NCBI GenBank assembly: GCA_047495785.1
Contig: JBLDXI010000007.1
Coordinates: forward strand, 2,852,001-2,916,000
DNA length: 64,000 bases
Direction of reading: 5' to 3'
Source: Lepidodermella squamata
Taxonomy: Eukaryota; Animalia; Gastrotricha
Shown here: positions 24,150 through 35,672 of the stretch, one piece after another
Layout of the letters: each line of letters begins with the position of its first letter
Position numbering within the stretch: the first letter of the stretch is position 1
Translations under genes and position numbers: made by a program
The notes under the pieces: model-generated
What the model saw: the letters and a program-made list of their open reading frames with translations, nothing else
Databases searched by the model: none
What the model was told of the DNA's origin: nothing

Positions 24150-25030
24150 GAGTACTGACTGTAGCTCGTCGACGACGGTGCGTAAGAGATGCAGTAAATG
24201 GGAAATATAGAGTTTATCATGGACAGGATAGTTATCATAGGCGGGAGGTTGAAACACAGAAAATATGGCAGGATAGGGAAACAGTTACAAGTGGCAACGT
24301 TTACAACGCAGGAGAGGCCACAGCAAGACCAAGCTGGAGACTGAGGGAACCGGAAGAAGTTGGACTGAGCATAGATAGCGATGGAAACAGCAAAGATACA
24401 ATCGGCACCGGAAAAGAGTGAGCCAGGTGAGATGCAAGGGAGACATAAAGAGAGATATAAGAAAAAAAGAAGAAAAAGTGTTCAAGAGCCTAACCGAAAA
24501 GTCGGGTAAAGGGCCACGAGGAAGTCTGTTGCTCAACAGCACGAAGGGCGAGCGGTCGGGCGGTCGGGTGGGCCATCAGGCGGACGCTCTCGAGGTCCTC
24601 GCGCAGCGGCAGGTCAGGTCATTTTCGATGACAGCGAGACGATTAATCTGTTGCTTCGAGGCGGTAGCGAGGCAGACAGCCCCATAGGACCAGCCCTAAC
24701 GGACCATTGTCAGGTAGAGGGTGCAGCGCCAGCGGCGCGACAGCCCAGGGGTGAACATGAGATGTTTGAAAAAAACCCAGATATCTGCGGCAGCGGTCAG
24801 AGATCCACCTCAGTTTGGGGTCCAAGTGAACACCGAGAACTCGTACCGACTCGACTTGCGGGATCGCGAGCCGAACATCGATGGACGCGTTACCAAAGCG
24901 CATTCGCTCTTCGCGGGATGAAACTTCTGGCGCCACTTCTTACCCCAGCCGGAAATTCGGGTGATCTCCAATTGGAGCGACGCTGCGCAGCAGGGAACGT
25001 GCCAACCTCGCCGACGAAAGTTAAACATTA
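24150..25030 (-). mobile_element. 5'-truncated non-LTR retrotransposon (RT C-terminal fragment)
   Basis: LQLEITRISGWGKKWRQKFHPAKSEC and VESVRVLGVHLDPKLRW are typical LINE RT-end motifs; frameshifted. Confidence 0.78.
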
Positions 25031-25200
25031 CAGCTAAATTTGTAGTGTCTAAGTGTGAAAAAGCAAGTTTTTATGGTTGATTGATCTTGAATATATGACA
25101 ACAGTTTTGCGACCTCGAGTCATTTTTATTCCGACAGTATGGAATAAATACGGGTATCACGTACCTACCATTAAGCTGATAATTATTAGCTAGATCAATC

Positions 25201-25282
25201 AATGAAATTGCTAAGGTTGTAGTAGTGGTTTTCCGAGACATGGAAATCCACCACTACAACCTTAGCAATTAGCAATTTCATT
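25201..25282. repeat. Long hairpin / tiny foldback
   Basis: aattgctaaggttgtagtagtggttttcc pairs with ggaaatccaccactacaaccttagcaatt. Confidence 0.8.
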
Positions 25283-25339
25283 TTAATATTTTGTTATATT
25301 TTCTTGTTTGATGACCGGTTTTTTTGTTTCTAGACTTAC

Positions 25340-28000
25340 ATGGATAATACATTTTCTGAAATCTGAAACTTGTGGGTCCGACAAAGACCTCGCCCTAGCC
25401 ATTAAGGCATCTTTGGGAATTTCTCACCGCACACCTGAACTTGGACAGCTCATCGATGAGTATTTAGAGAATGAAGATGTCGCAAAACTGGAAATAGTAG
25501 CCGCTTTTACACTACTACTAAGCGAATGGTAAATGATGGTAAACGATGGTAATTACTCAATTGTTGAATAACAAGGATCAGCTTGTTTTTGCTTATTTTC
25601 ACAGTTTTATCGTGCTTTTGAGAAAACTAAAAATAATTAAAACCAGTTTTCGCGGGTATTTTTGCGACTCATTTACAACCTGATTAATTTTCTGTCGAAC
25701 CGGATAGGATGCCTGAGCTTTATTCAGTACCTGGCCGAATTTAAAGAAAAAATTATCGTGTAAATTTCGCGAATTTTCCGCGATTCCGCGAAGCGTTTCT
25801 GTAAATTTGTTGGACCAAATTTCCTTGCTTCATCACTTTGAGCTCGCGGCTTCTCCGCGTTGGGAAATTGTCGAGATTCCAATTTTGGGTAATTTTTAAT
25901 TATTTTTCAAGGTATTTCTTGACACCTTTTCCACACAAAATTGCTGTAAAATTATGAATGGTTCTTACTTTTAGCGGAACCAAAAATGCGGAATTAAATT
26001 TGGCCGGAAGCGGAAACTATTTTTGAGTGATTAATTCGCCTAAAATGCATTTTCCGAATTTTCTGAAATTTCCAGATTGATTTAAAAAAATCAAAAAATC
26101 AAAATAAATCATCATAAAAATTTCCAAGTCTTGAAATATGGGTCCGCAACAGCCAATTTTGGTTCCGCAAAAAGATAATATGGTTATTAATTGATTGCTT
26201 AAAAATCGCCGGGGGTTTGCCGATCCTCTTGGCGCATCAAGAAATAATTTCAAACTTCGAATTATTGAAGGAAAAATAGGCCTAAAATCAACACCGAGGC
26301 CCAGTTTCCAGGTTAAATTTGTCTTTTAAATTTTAATTATCACGTCTTGTTTGTAATGCGATGGCCGCGTTAACTGAAAACGTTAACTGAATATGTTTGA
26401 AATTAATCGCGAATTTTGAAAATTAATTAAAAAAACGTTTTCGCGACATCGTTTCAACTAAAAGTAAGGCCCTTTTGAGAATTTTACGGCAAATAGTCAA
26501 TAACACCTTGAAAAATATTGAAAAGTTGTTATGCAGGCAATTTTCTGACGCGAAAAGCCACGCGTTCACGGTGATGAAGCAAGGAATTTGCCAACATAAT
26601 TTTTACAAAAAAGCTTAGCGGAATTTATTTGAAGTATTCAAAATTATGCAAAGGCAGGAATTTTTGTGTGGGTGCTGAATTTAAAGCCTGGGTATTACAT
26701 CCATTTTTACGGGAAATCGGGAATGCTGTAATGCCTCTTGAAAGCAGTCAAACAATTTTTAAAATATTTTTAGCACTCTCATAACAGCGATTTAAAACGT
26801 TAAAACGCATAAAATTGAGCTAATCACTGTTATTTAACAATGGAGTAATTACCATCATTTACCATCATTTACCATTCGAATAGTGTAGTGTAAAAGCGGC
26901 TAGTCTTGAAATGGACCCACCAGCTCTTAAGCAGGAAGTCTCGAATTAAGCTGTTTCGACTGCTTGATACGCCTCAAGCTACTCAACTTGTTGAAAAAAT
27001 GATTGAACACAAATGGGCGCCATTTGATTATCCGCCTCACGTCGCTGATTTGATCGACAAAAACGCCAGTGAATGCTGTCCGCCGTTTACTTATTACATC
27101 CAAGCGATGCATGATGATCCTAATAAAGACCGGGGCGATATAATACGGCTGCTGATTGAAAACGGCGCCGATTTGCTTGCCAGGTCTTGCCCTGATGACC
27201 TCTTCAATATGTTGAGGAACGAAATTGTCCCGAATTTGGTGAATTTTCGCTATGACAGGAACATCGAAACAGTATCGCAGCGAGAATATCCGATTCACCA
27301 ACTAGCATCTGGTTTCAATGTTGATCTGCATTTGGCTTGTCTGATAATTGAATCAACTCCAGTCAAAGGTTTTTTGACGAATCCGGCCAAGAGAGTATTT
27401 TACACACCGCTGTGGTCGGCTCTGAATACGCTCGCATACTACTATAAAAATGAGGATTTGCAATTTTCTCAATGTACCAGAAACGCGCAAGTCGCTAAAA
27501 TGACCGAATTCATCATTTTACCGTTGCTTCGAGCTGGATGCACTCTGTATCCTGATCCTTTGTGCGACGTGAGATAGGCTAAAATGAATCCAAGTTTTGC
27601 GCTGCTGTGGGCTTGTATTAAATCAAACGAGTCTACAATTTGGCATCGAGACCGGGCTATCATCGAGTTGCTCGTCGAAGCAAGGCGGAAAACATATTTT
27701 AATGCCGAATATCTTTCAAGGCGGATTAGGAAAACGCTGCGCCGTTCGATATATTTTGATACCGATGGAAAGAAAATTCGCAACTTCTGCAAGCGATTGG
27801 TAATGGCGTTGCGTGACGTCTATCCGTTGAAGCTTCAAAATTTGGCTCGAATGGCGATTTTGAAGTCATTACCAGTCGGATTATCGTATGCGATAGATGC
27901 GATAGAGAAGCTTAGTCTTCCAAAAACATTGATCGACTTTTTGAACTTCACTGAATTCGAAATAGCCGATAAAGATTTACTGACTGAATCGACCGACTAG
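25340..28000 (+). pseudogene. SOCS-box paralog F, disrupted
   Basis: Highly similar to E/G. Frameshift/stop after codon 8 (ATC TGA), 1.4-kb TE at 25499-26901, in-frame TAG at 27575-27577. Confidence 0.88.
25499..26901. mobile_element. Non-autonomous PIF/Harbinger-like foldback element with long imperfect TIRs
   Basis: AGT|AGCCGCTTTTACACTAC…GTAGTGTAAAAGCGGCT|AGT (3-bp TSD); removal restores …EIVLKWTH. Inverted similarity extends several hundred bp; centre holds a cttacttttagcggaacc MITE end. Confidence 0.85.
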
Positions 28001-28400
28001 GAAAATCCTACATAATTTAATATTGGGAAGAAAAAATAAAAAAATTTAGTAGAACCTTTGCAAAATGGTAATTGAAGAGGATGTTTTAATTTTCGTGATT
28101 CTTAAGAAATTAGAATCGAAAATCGAGTCGCAGCAAAATTGTCCGTATTGTCCGTATACAGGATTAGTTCGGCATTATGGCAATTAAAAATCTAAAATTT
28201 TGTGGCATGAATCCATGTGATGCTAATTTAATGTGCTAATTTAATGCTAATGTGATACTCAGAATAATATTGAATATTTTCTGCCCAAAAGGCAGGCTTC
28301 AAAAGAACGAGGATCCTTACATGCTTTGAAAACCCTTATAAAATGTATTGTTTTTATTTACATAGATCTTAATTACAGGACATACTGGCTCTTCGATAGA

Positions 28401-30322
28401 ATGTCTCTCCTACATGGTTTATTCGGAAAGGATGCTGTTTCGAATTTGCAGCAGACAATTATTTCACTGAAAACACCCGATGATCTTGCGAAATTCGCCA
28501 ATGATGTCAAAACAAGAGCTCAAGGTGGATTTATTGCCGCTGAGGAACGAATAAAGCGAACTGTCGAACAAACTAAAATGGCCCAGTCATTTGTTGCTGA
28601 AGGAGACTTCGAGAAAGCTTTTCACATTCTCATGAAGATTGCCGATGAAGACTACAACTTTTCGCCTGATTTCCTCGAAAATCTTGCTGAAATTGCGAAA
28701 TTAACTGGCCGTCGCCAATTAACAATGGCCATCTGCGCTATGGACAATTGCGTTAAAGGATCAACCTTTCACGGTATACGCTCGGAAGCTTACAAATCTC
28801 TTGTAGGTGAGAAGAAATGTTGGAGTCTCGCAAGTCGTCAGGAATTCGATCAGCATATTGTCGACTTGAAGAAATTGATCATCGATAACTGGGATGAATT
28901 CACTTATCTTGTCAGTCACTGTTTTATGTACTCGAAAGCCCTGTCACCGGGCGAATATTTCGCAAATCAAACATTTGAGGCCTTATCGATGAATAAGAGT
29001 TTTCGCAATTTTACATCGGAAATCGCTTTCGAACATCTGACAGCGCCGCAAATTCGATTTTTAATCGTTTTTTTAAAGTGCATTGATACCGAAATTTGCT
29101 TCGCTGCTAGCAATAAATTCGGATACTCCTTTTGGATAAACGAGATTTTGCTGAAGTTGACGCAATCTCTGGCATCGGAATCGGGTTTTAAACTGGCTTT
29201 AACTCGAAATGACGCATTCTCGCGATTATTTCCGCTGTTGACGCGAAAATTTAAACGGCCTCAAGATTGCTGCGATTTGGCGTGGATTACGAGATTTCTA
29301 AATTTGATCATGCTTACCCAGCCTTTCAATTGTTTGAATCTGATTTCTGCTGATTTGATATCTGGTATGGCGAATAGACCACTTCCGACCGGAGAGTTCA
29401 TATTGGAAACGGTTAATCTCTTCGCCTTTATCATAGCGGCAATGTCATCGTTCGGAGTTGGGGCTGAGAAAACTTTAAAAAACCTGGCGAAGCCTCTAGA
29501 AGCAATTGTTCGAAAATCTATAATGCAACCAGCAATTGCTGAAAATCTATCCTTACCTATTGCCCTTGCTAAAGCTATGAAGCCTGTCAAGAATTTCAAT
29601 GCAATATGTCGCGTTCTTCACCGCCTGGCGGATTGTGACAATATTTTGGCTGAAATGGTGAATTCTCAAGTTTTTGTTAAGCAGTTTCTATCCAGTGCTG
29701 AGGAATTGCTTTTGGAGAAATCGCTTGAGGAATCTGATGCCGGGCTGTCGAGTTTGATCTATAAATTGCTACTACTCGAAGACAAGTTGCACGATTCATT
29801 ATTCACTCGGCTTATTTTTGCTAGGGGTAACTCCTCGTTTGCCAAGGCCGTTTTCAGCAAACCAGGTGAAGAATTTCTTCACGAATTATTTCTAATGTCG
29901 ATGATGTTGCGGTTTGCTGATGAAGAAACTCGGCGAAGATGGTCGAAACTGTTTTCAAATTCTACTTTTCCTGCGATTGCTAGAGCGGCAATGGACTCGC
30001 TATTGATGAAGAGCACTGCGAAAATTGAAGATAGGATCGTCCCGAATGTTCATCTAATGTATGTCATCCGCCAGTTGTGTTTGATGAACCCGAAAATTAT
30101 TGCTGAATTTGGGTTTCCTTATATTGAATCGCTTTCGAGGCATCTGAAATACCCAGCTTTTCGAAATAATGCCCTTCTATCGACTTCTGAATTGTCTTTC
30201 GGCTGTTGGTTGTGGCATTTATCGAGCAGGATAAAGGCACACGGATGTTGCTGAAACGTGAAAAGCGTGTTTTGCGCGAAATTATTTCAAGAATGTGCCG
30301 TGCATTGAAAAGCCATGCATAA
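28401..30322 (+). pseudogene. TPR-like/helical-repeat protein H (subfamily 1), 1-bp frameshift near C-terminus
   Basis: Close paralog of I. ttcggctgttgg vs ttcgggctgttgg at ~30201; the conserved tail LKREKRVLREIISRM continues in another frame to TAA 30322. Confidence 0.75.
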
Positions 30323-30523
30323 TTTGTTCATGTTTAATAAATTTTTTGCATTGATAACATTTCGAATCAGGTTCGAATAAAATATTGTATTATTGAAAAT
30401 ACCTAATCCATGTCATAAAAAAATAAAATGAGGTTTCCAGTTGTGAAAATTCATGATATTTACGTAGAATTTTTCAAAGTACTGAGTAATGGATTTATTT
30501 TAAGACGAATTTTTTTTGTTAGT

Positions 30524-31813
30524 ATGATGGATTTTACACCTTCTGAAATCGACGAAGCCTGTGGGTTTGAGAAAGACCTCGCCCTAGCTATTAAGACATC
30601 TTTGGAAAATTCTCACTGCACACCTGAACTCAAACAACTCATCGACAAGTGTGTCCGCTATGGAGATGTCGAACTACTGGAAATAGCCTTGAAATGGACC
30701 CACCAGCTTTTAAGCAGCGAGTCTAGAGTTATGCTGTTTCGACTGCTTGTTACGCCTGAAACTACTCAACTTGTTGAAAAAATGATTAAACACAAATGGG
30801 CGCCTATGGATTATCCGTCTCACGTTGCTGATTTGAACGACGAAAACGTCAGAGAATGCTGCCCGCCTATTACTCATCACATCCGAGAGATGCATTATGA
30901 TTTCAATGATGATTCTAATAAAGACCGGGGCGATATAATACGGCTGCTGATTGAAAACGGCGCCGATTTACTTGCAAGGTCTTGCCCTGATGACGATTTT
31001 GATTACTATAGGTACGCAATTGTCCCGAATTTGGTGACTTCTCGCTTTGACAGGAACATCGAAACTCTATCTCAACGGGAATATCCGATTCACCAACTGG
31101 CGTCTGGCGTCAGTGTTGATCGGCATTTGGCTTGTCTGATAATTGAATCAACTCCAGCCGAAGGTTTTTTGACGAATCCGGCGAAGAGAATATTTTACAC
31201 ACCACTTTGGTCGGCTCTGAATACGCTATCATTGTATTATAGCTATCATATGATGCGAATTTCTCCAACCGCTGTTAGCGCCAATAGCGCCCGAGTTGCT
31301 AAAATGACCGAATTCGTCATTTTACCTTTGCTTCGAGCAGGCTGCACCCTATATCCTGATCCTTTGTTCGACTTGATTCGGAGCGAAATGGACCCGAATT
31401 TCGCGCGGCTATGGGCTTGTGTCAAATCAAACGAGTTGAAAATTTGGGGCAGGGACCGGGCTATCCTTGATTTGCTCGTCGAAGCTAGGCGGAAACCATA
31501 TTTTAATGCCAGAAATCTTTCAAGGCGGATTAAAAAAACGCTATGTTTTGGGATAGATTTCGATACTGATGCGAAGAAAATTCGCGATTGCTGCAAGCGG
31601 TTTTTGATTGCGTTGCGTGACGTTTATCCGTTGAAGCTTCAAAATTTGGCTCGAATGGCGATTCTTAAGGCATTACCAGTCGGATTATCGCAGCGACAAA
31701 ATGCGATAGAGAAGCTTAGTCTTCCACAAATTTTGAGTGACTTTTTGAACTTTGCTGAATTCGAAATAGCGAATAAAGATTTACTGAATCAGTCGACTTT
31801 GATGCAGCTGTAA
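30524..31813 (+). CDS. SOCS-box protein G (~429 aa)
   Basis: Start chosen by alignment with E and the upstream ttttgttag acceptor; intact C-terminal box. Confidence 0.88.
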   Translation: MMDFTPSEIDEACGFEKDLALAIKTSLENSHCTPELKQLIDKCVRYGDVELLEIALKWTHQLLSSESRVMLFRLLVTPETTQLVEKMIKHKWAPMDYPSHVADLNDENVRECCPPITHHIREMHYDFNDDSNKDRGDIIRLLIENGADLLARSCPDDDFDYYRYAIVPNLVTSRFDRNIETLSQREYPIHQLASGVSVDRHLACLIIESTPAEGFLTNPAKRIFYTPLWSALNTLSLYYSYHMMRISPTAVSANSARVAKMTEFVILPLLRAGCTLYPDPLFDLIRSEMDPNFARLWACVKSNELKIWGRDRAILDLLVEARRKPYFNARNLSRRIKKTLCFGIDFDTDAKKIRDCCKRFLIALRDVYPLKLQNLARMAILKALPVGLSQRQNAIEKLSLPQILSDFLNFAEFEIANKDLLNQSTLMQL

Positions 31814-32297
31814 AAGTAATCGACTTTGTTATCAAATTGTAAAAGAATTTCAGAATATTGATTTTCGATTTCCTTAATAAAAACAGATTAGTTCGATTGT
31901 TCATATTTACAAGATTCATTGTTATCAGCTTGCGCTTGAATAAATTAATAAATAGCGTGAATAAAAAATAAAAATGAATCTATTTTGAGCTGAGCCAGCT
32001 GATCATCTTACATCTATCTATTATCAAAAATAGGAATTTGTTTCAAGTTAATCAAAAAACCTCAAATTTGCCATGTCGTGGAGCCGACTCAGCTGAAGAG
32101 GTGGATAACGCTCGACTCGCCAAACTCAAGCCCGAGTTGGCCTCGCCGCCCGCCTCGTTTGTCTGCTGTGAGCCAAAAATAACCTACTTATTGCTTCATG
32201 CTTCTTATTTGAATTTATTAACCAATGAGTCTTTTATTATTGCACATTTTTTACTATCTGTGGTCGATTTACGTTAGTTTGAGCTCGATTCGTGCCC

Positions 32298-32369
32298 GGT
32301 CCCCAACACTAGTATGGTGTTCGAGTGCAAAATGGTCCCCAACACTAGTATGGTGTTCGAGTGCAAAAT
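32298..32369. repeat. Perfect 36-bp tandem duplication
   Basis: ggtccccaacactagtatggtgttcgagtgcaaaat x2; each unit has an AACAC/GTGTT hairpin. Confidence 0.9.
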
Positions 32370-32639
32370 GCTGTTCCATTCTTTACTCGATTGTTGTGAT
32401 TATCTGGAAAAAACCAATTTGGCCTTTTTCATATGCTCTCAGAAAAAGATCATGATTTTTCGCAACGAAATATAAGCCGCTTAATTGGGCAATTAAGGAC
32501 TAGCTGAATTACTATCTTGAATTCATACGATGCTAGTTAATGGAATAAATTCCAAATTTACGCCCGTGGCTAAGTTTCGAATGAAGAAGAATCCTTGCAT
32601 GCCACTCTGATTTTTAATGATATGTTAAATTCAGAATAT

Positions 32640-32876
32640 CTTTTAGCGGAACCAAATCCACATGTTGCGGAACCTGATTTTAGATAAGAAAAAGGTCGCT
32701 TTTCTAATATTTTCACGAACTTCAGGCGATTTATGAATTCTATAATAAAGAATGCTCTTATGCAGAATTTGACGATTAATCATGACATCCTTAAGAGCTT
32801 CGAAAATGGGGTTTGGCCCATTGAAAATTCCAAATTTGTTTCCGCAACAGGCAGATTTGGTTCCGCTAAAAGTAAG
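32640..32876. mobile_element. MITE (~235 bp)
   Basis: TIR cttttagcggaaccaaatc / gatttggttccgctaaaag; the same terminus recurs at ~25964 and ~35014. Confidence 0.8.
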
Positions 32877-32947
32877 ACCCTATTAAATTTTCGAATTATT
32901 CTATTTATTGTATAATTTTATACTGAATATACTGGCTCTTCCTTAGA

Positions 32948-34909
32948 ATGTCTCTCCTACAATTTTTATTTGGAAAGGATGCTGCCGCGAATTTGCAGCA
33001 GAAAATTATTTCACTGAAAACACCCGATGATCTTGTGAAATTCGCTGATGATGTCAAAACAAGAGCCCAAGGCGGATATACTGCTGCTCAGGAACGAATG
33101 AAGCAAAGTAATGAAACCATCAAAATGGCGAATTCGCTTCTCGAAAGCGGCGACGCCGAAGAAGCTTTCCGTATTCTCATGAAAATTGCCGATGACGACT
33201 ACAATTTTTCGCCCGATTTCCTCGCACGTCTTGCTGCGGTTGCGAAATCGACTGGCCGTCATCAACTGGCAATTGCCATTTGCGCTATGGATCAATGTGT
33301 TAAAGGATCAGCTTTTTGTGACATATGCGTGGAATCTTACAATGGTCTTGAAGAAGAGAAGAAAAGTTGGACTCTGGACAGTCGAAACAATTTCGATCAG
33401 TATATTCTTGATTTGAAGAAACTGACTATCGATAACTGGGATGAATTCACGTTTCTTGTCAGCCATTGTTTTCTGCACTCGAGAATCCTGTCGCCTGGCG
33501 AATATTTCGCAAATCAAACCTTTGAGGCTTTGTCGGTAAATGAGAGTTTCCGCATTTTCGCCTCTCATATCGCTTTTGAACACTTCAGCGCTTCTCAAAT
33601 GAGATTTATAATCGTTTTTTTGAACGGGATTGGTTCCGAATTTTGCGTTGCCGCTAGAGATAAATTCGCCCATTTCTCCTGGGTCAAAAACATATTAATT
33701 AAATTAACGCAATCTTTCCTTACGGAGTCTGGAATGAAAATGGCGTTGAGTCGCAACATTTTTGCGTTTTCACGATTAGTTCCAACGTTGATGAAAACTT
33801 GCCAGCAGTCGCTAGATTCCTTTGATTTGGCGTGCATTACGAGATTTATGGCTTTAATCATGCTTACCCAGCCCTCGAACTGTTTGAACATGATTTTTGA
33901 TTTGATGTCTGGTATGGCGAATGGACCACTCCAAAACGTGGAGTTGACATTGGAAACGGTTAATCTCCTCGCTGTCATCATATCGGCAATTTCATCGTTC
34001 GGAGTTACGGCTGAGAGAGCTTTAAAAATCCTGGCGAAGCCTCTGGAAGTTACTGTTCAACAATCCACAATTCAACCGGCAATTGCTGAAAATCTTACCT
34101 TGCCTATCGCCCTTGCTAAAGCGATAAAGCGAGTTGTAAATTTCAACGCAATCTGTCGCGCTCTTCACCACTTTGCGGATTGTGACCAAATTTTGGCTGT
34201 AATGGTGAATTCTCAAGCGTTTGTCACACAGTTTCTATCAAGTGCGGAGGAATTGGTTTTGGAGAAATCGCTTGAGGAATCTGATGCCGGGCTGTCGAGT
34301 TTGATCTATAAATTGCTACTACTCGAAGACAAGTTGCACGATTCTTTATTTACCCGTCTTGTTTTTGCTAGGGGTAACTCCTCGTTTGCCAAGGCCGTTT
34401 TCAGCAAACCACGTAAAGACTTTATTAACGACTTAATGCTCGTATCGACGATGTTGCGTTATGCCGACGACGAAAATCGTCGAAGATGGTCGAAATTGTT
34501 TTCGAATTCGACCTTTCCTGCGATTGCTAAAGCGGCAATGGACTCGCTATTGATGAAGAGCACTGTGAAAATTGAAGATAAAATCGTTTCAAATGTTCAT
34601 CTAATGTATGTCATCCGCCAGCTGTGTTTGATGAACCCGAAAATTATTGCTGAATTTGGGTTTCCTTATATTGAATCGCTTTCGAGGCATCTGAAATACC
34701 CAGCTATTCGAAATAATGCTCTTCTATCGACTTCTGAATTGTCTTTCGGGCTGTTGGTTGTGGCATTTATCGAACTGGATAAAGGCACAAGGATGTTGCT
34801 GAAACGTGAAAAGCGTGTTTTGCGCGAAATTATTTCAAGAATGCGTCATGCGCTGAAAAGCAGTACCGAAATTTGCAAGCTAAATGACTTAATTTCATTG
34901 ATAAAATGA
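32948..34909 (+). CDS. TPR-like/helical-repeat protein I (subfamily 1, 653 aa), unknown function
   Basis: Long intronless ORF. Family motifs MSLLxFLFGK, RAQGG, NWDEF, LPIALA, FARGNSSFAKAVF, RRRWSKLFS, LKREKRVLR. Confidence 0.88.
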   Translation: MSLLQFLFGKDAAANLQQKIISLKTPDDLVKFADDVKTRAQGGYTAAQERMKQSNETIKMANSLLESGDAEEAFRILMKIADDDYNFSPDFLARLAAVAKSTGRHQLAIAICAMDQCVKGSAFCDICVESYNGLEEEKKSWTLDSRNNFDQYILDLKKLTIDNWDEFTFLVSHCFLHSRILSPGEYFANQTFEALSVNESFRIFASHIAFEHFSASQMRFIIVFLNGIGSEFCVAARDKFAHFSWVKNILIKLTQSFLTESGMKMALSRNIFAFSRLVPTLMKTCQQSLDSFDLACITRFMALIMLTQPSNCLNMIFDLMSGMANGPLQNVELTLETVNLLAVIISAISSFGVTAERALKILAKPLEVTVQQSTIQPAIAENLTLPIALAKAIKRVVNFNAICRALHHFADCDQILAVMVNSQAFVTQFLSSAEELVLEKSLEESDAGLSSLIYKLLLLEDKLHDSLFTRLVFARGNSSFAKAVFSKPRKDFINDLMLVSTMLRYADDENRRRWSKLFSNSTFPAIAKAAMDSLLMKSTVKIEDKIVSNVHLMYVIRQLCLMNPKIIAEFGFPYIESLSRHLKYPAIRNNALLSTSELSFGLLVVAFIELDKGTRMLLKREKRVLREIISRMRHALKSSTEICKLNDLISLIK

Positions 34910-35672
34910 TTTTGAATTGGGTTAATAAAATATTAAAATATAATGAAATATTATTGATATCACCTCCATTTCATCAAAAATAAAAAAGGTTTCCATTCGT
35001 GAGTACTGAGTATTTACTTTTAGCGGAACCAAATTTTGGAATTTTCAATGGGCCTAAAACCACTTTTCGAAAATTTTAATAATGGTATGATCGATCGGCA
35101 TAATTTCTTATACCGTATTTGTTCCATTAGTAGCCCATTCACTATTAATCGCCCATCTCTAGTTCGTTTTCGATGCCCAGGTTTGAGGGGTCAAGTCGGT
35201 TCGAAAACATCGAAAACGAACGATTAACCAAGAATTATTTTTCAAAATTTTCAAAATTTCGAGGTTGAAGTGTTTATAGCCCGGGCTGTTATAGGAGCAA
35301 ATACGGTAAATCATCTCTAAATTCAGCGTGAAATTTTTTATAACATGCACTCCTTGCTATGAATTCAAGCATTTCCCTAATTTTGTTGAAATATTCAAAA
35401 AGCGACCTTTGGCTTATATCTAAAATTAGGTTCCCCAACCTATTGGCTATTTCAGCTCGCAGCCGTGTAGAGACTATTTTTATCACTCATCGTTTTTGTG
35501 TATATTTTTTCAAAAGGTTCGCCCTAGACTTGATCATGAGTTGGAGGGATTTCGAGGAAAAAACCAAGATGCTGCACGGAGCTAAAACCTCAGATTTTCT
35601 TTGAATGCGTTCAATTAATTTTTAATTATTTCCTTGAATCTAGACTTTATTATTGATAATAATCTCCTTTCG

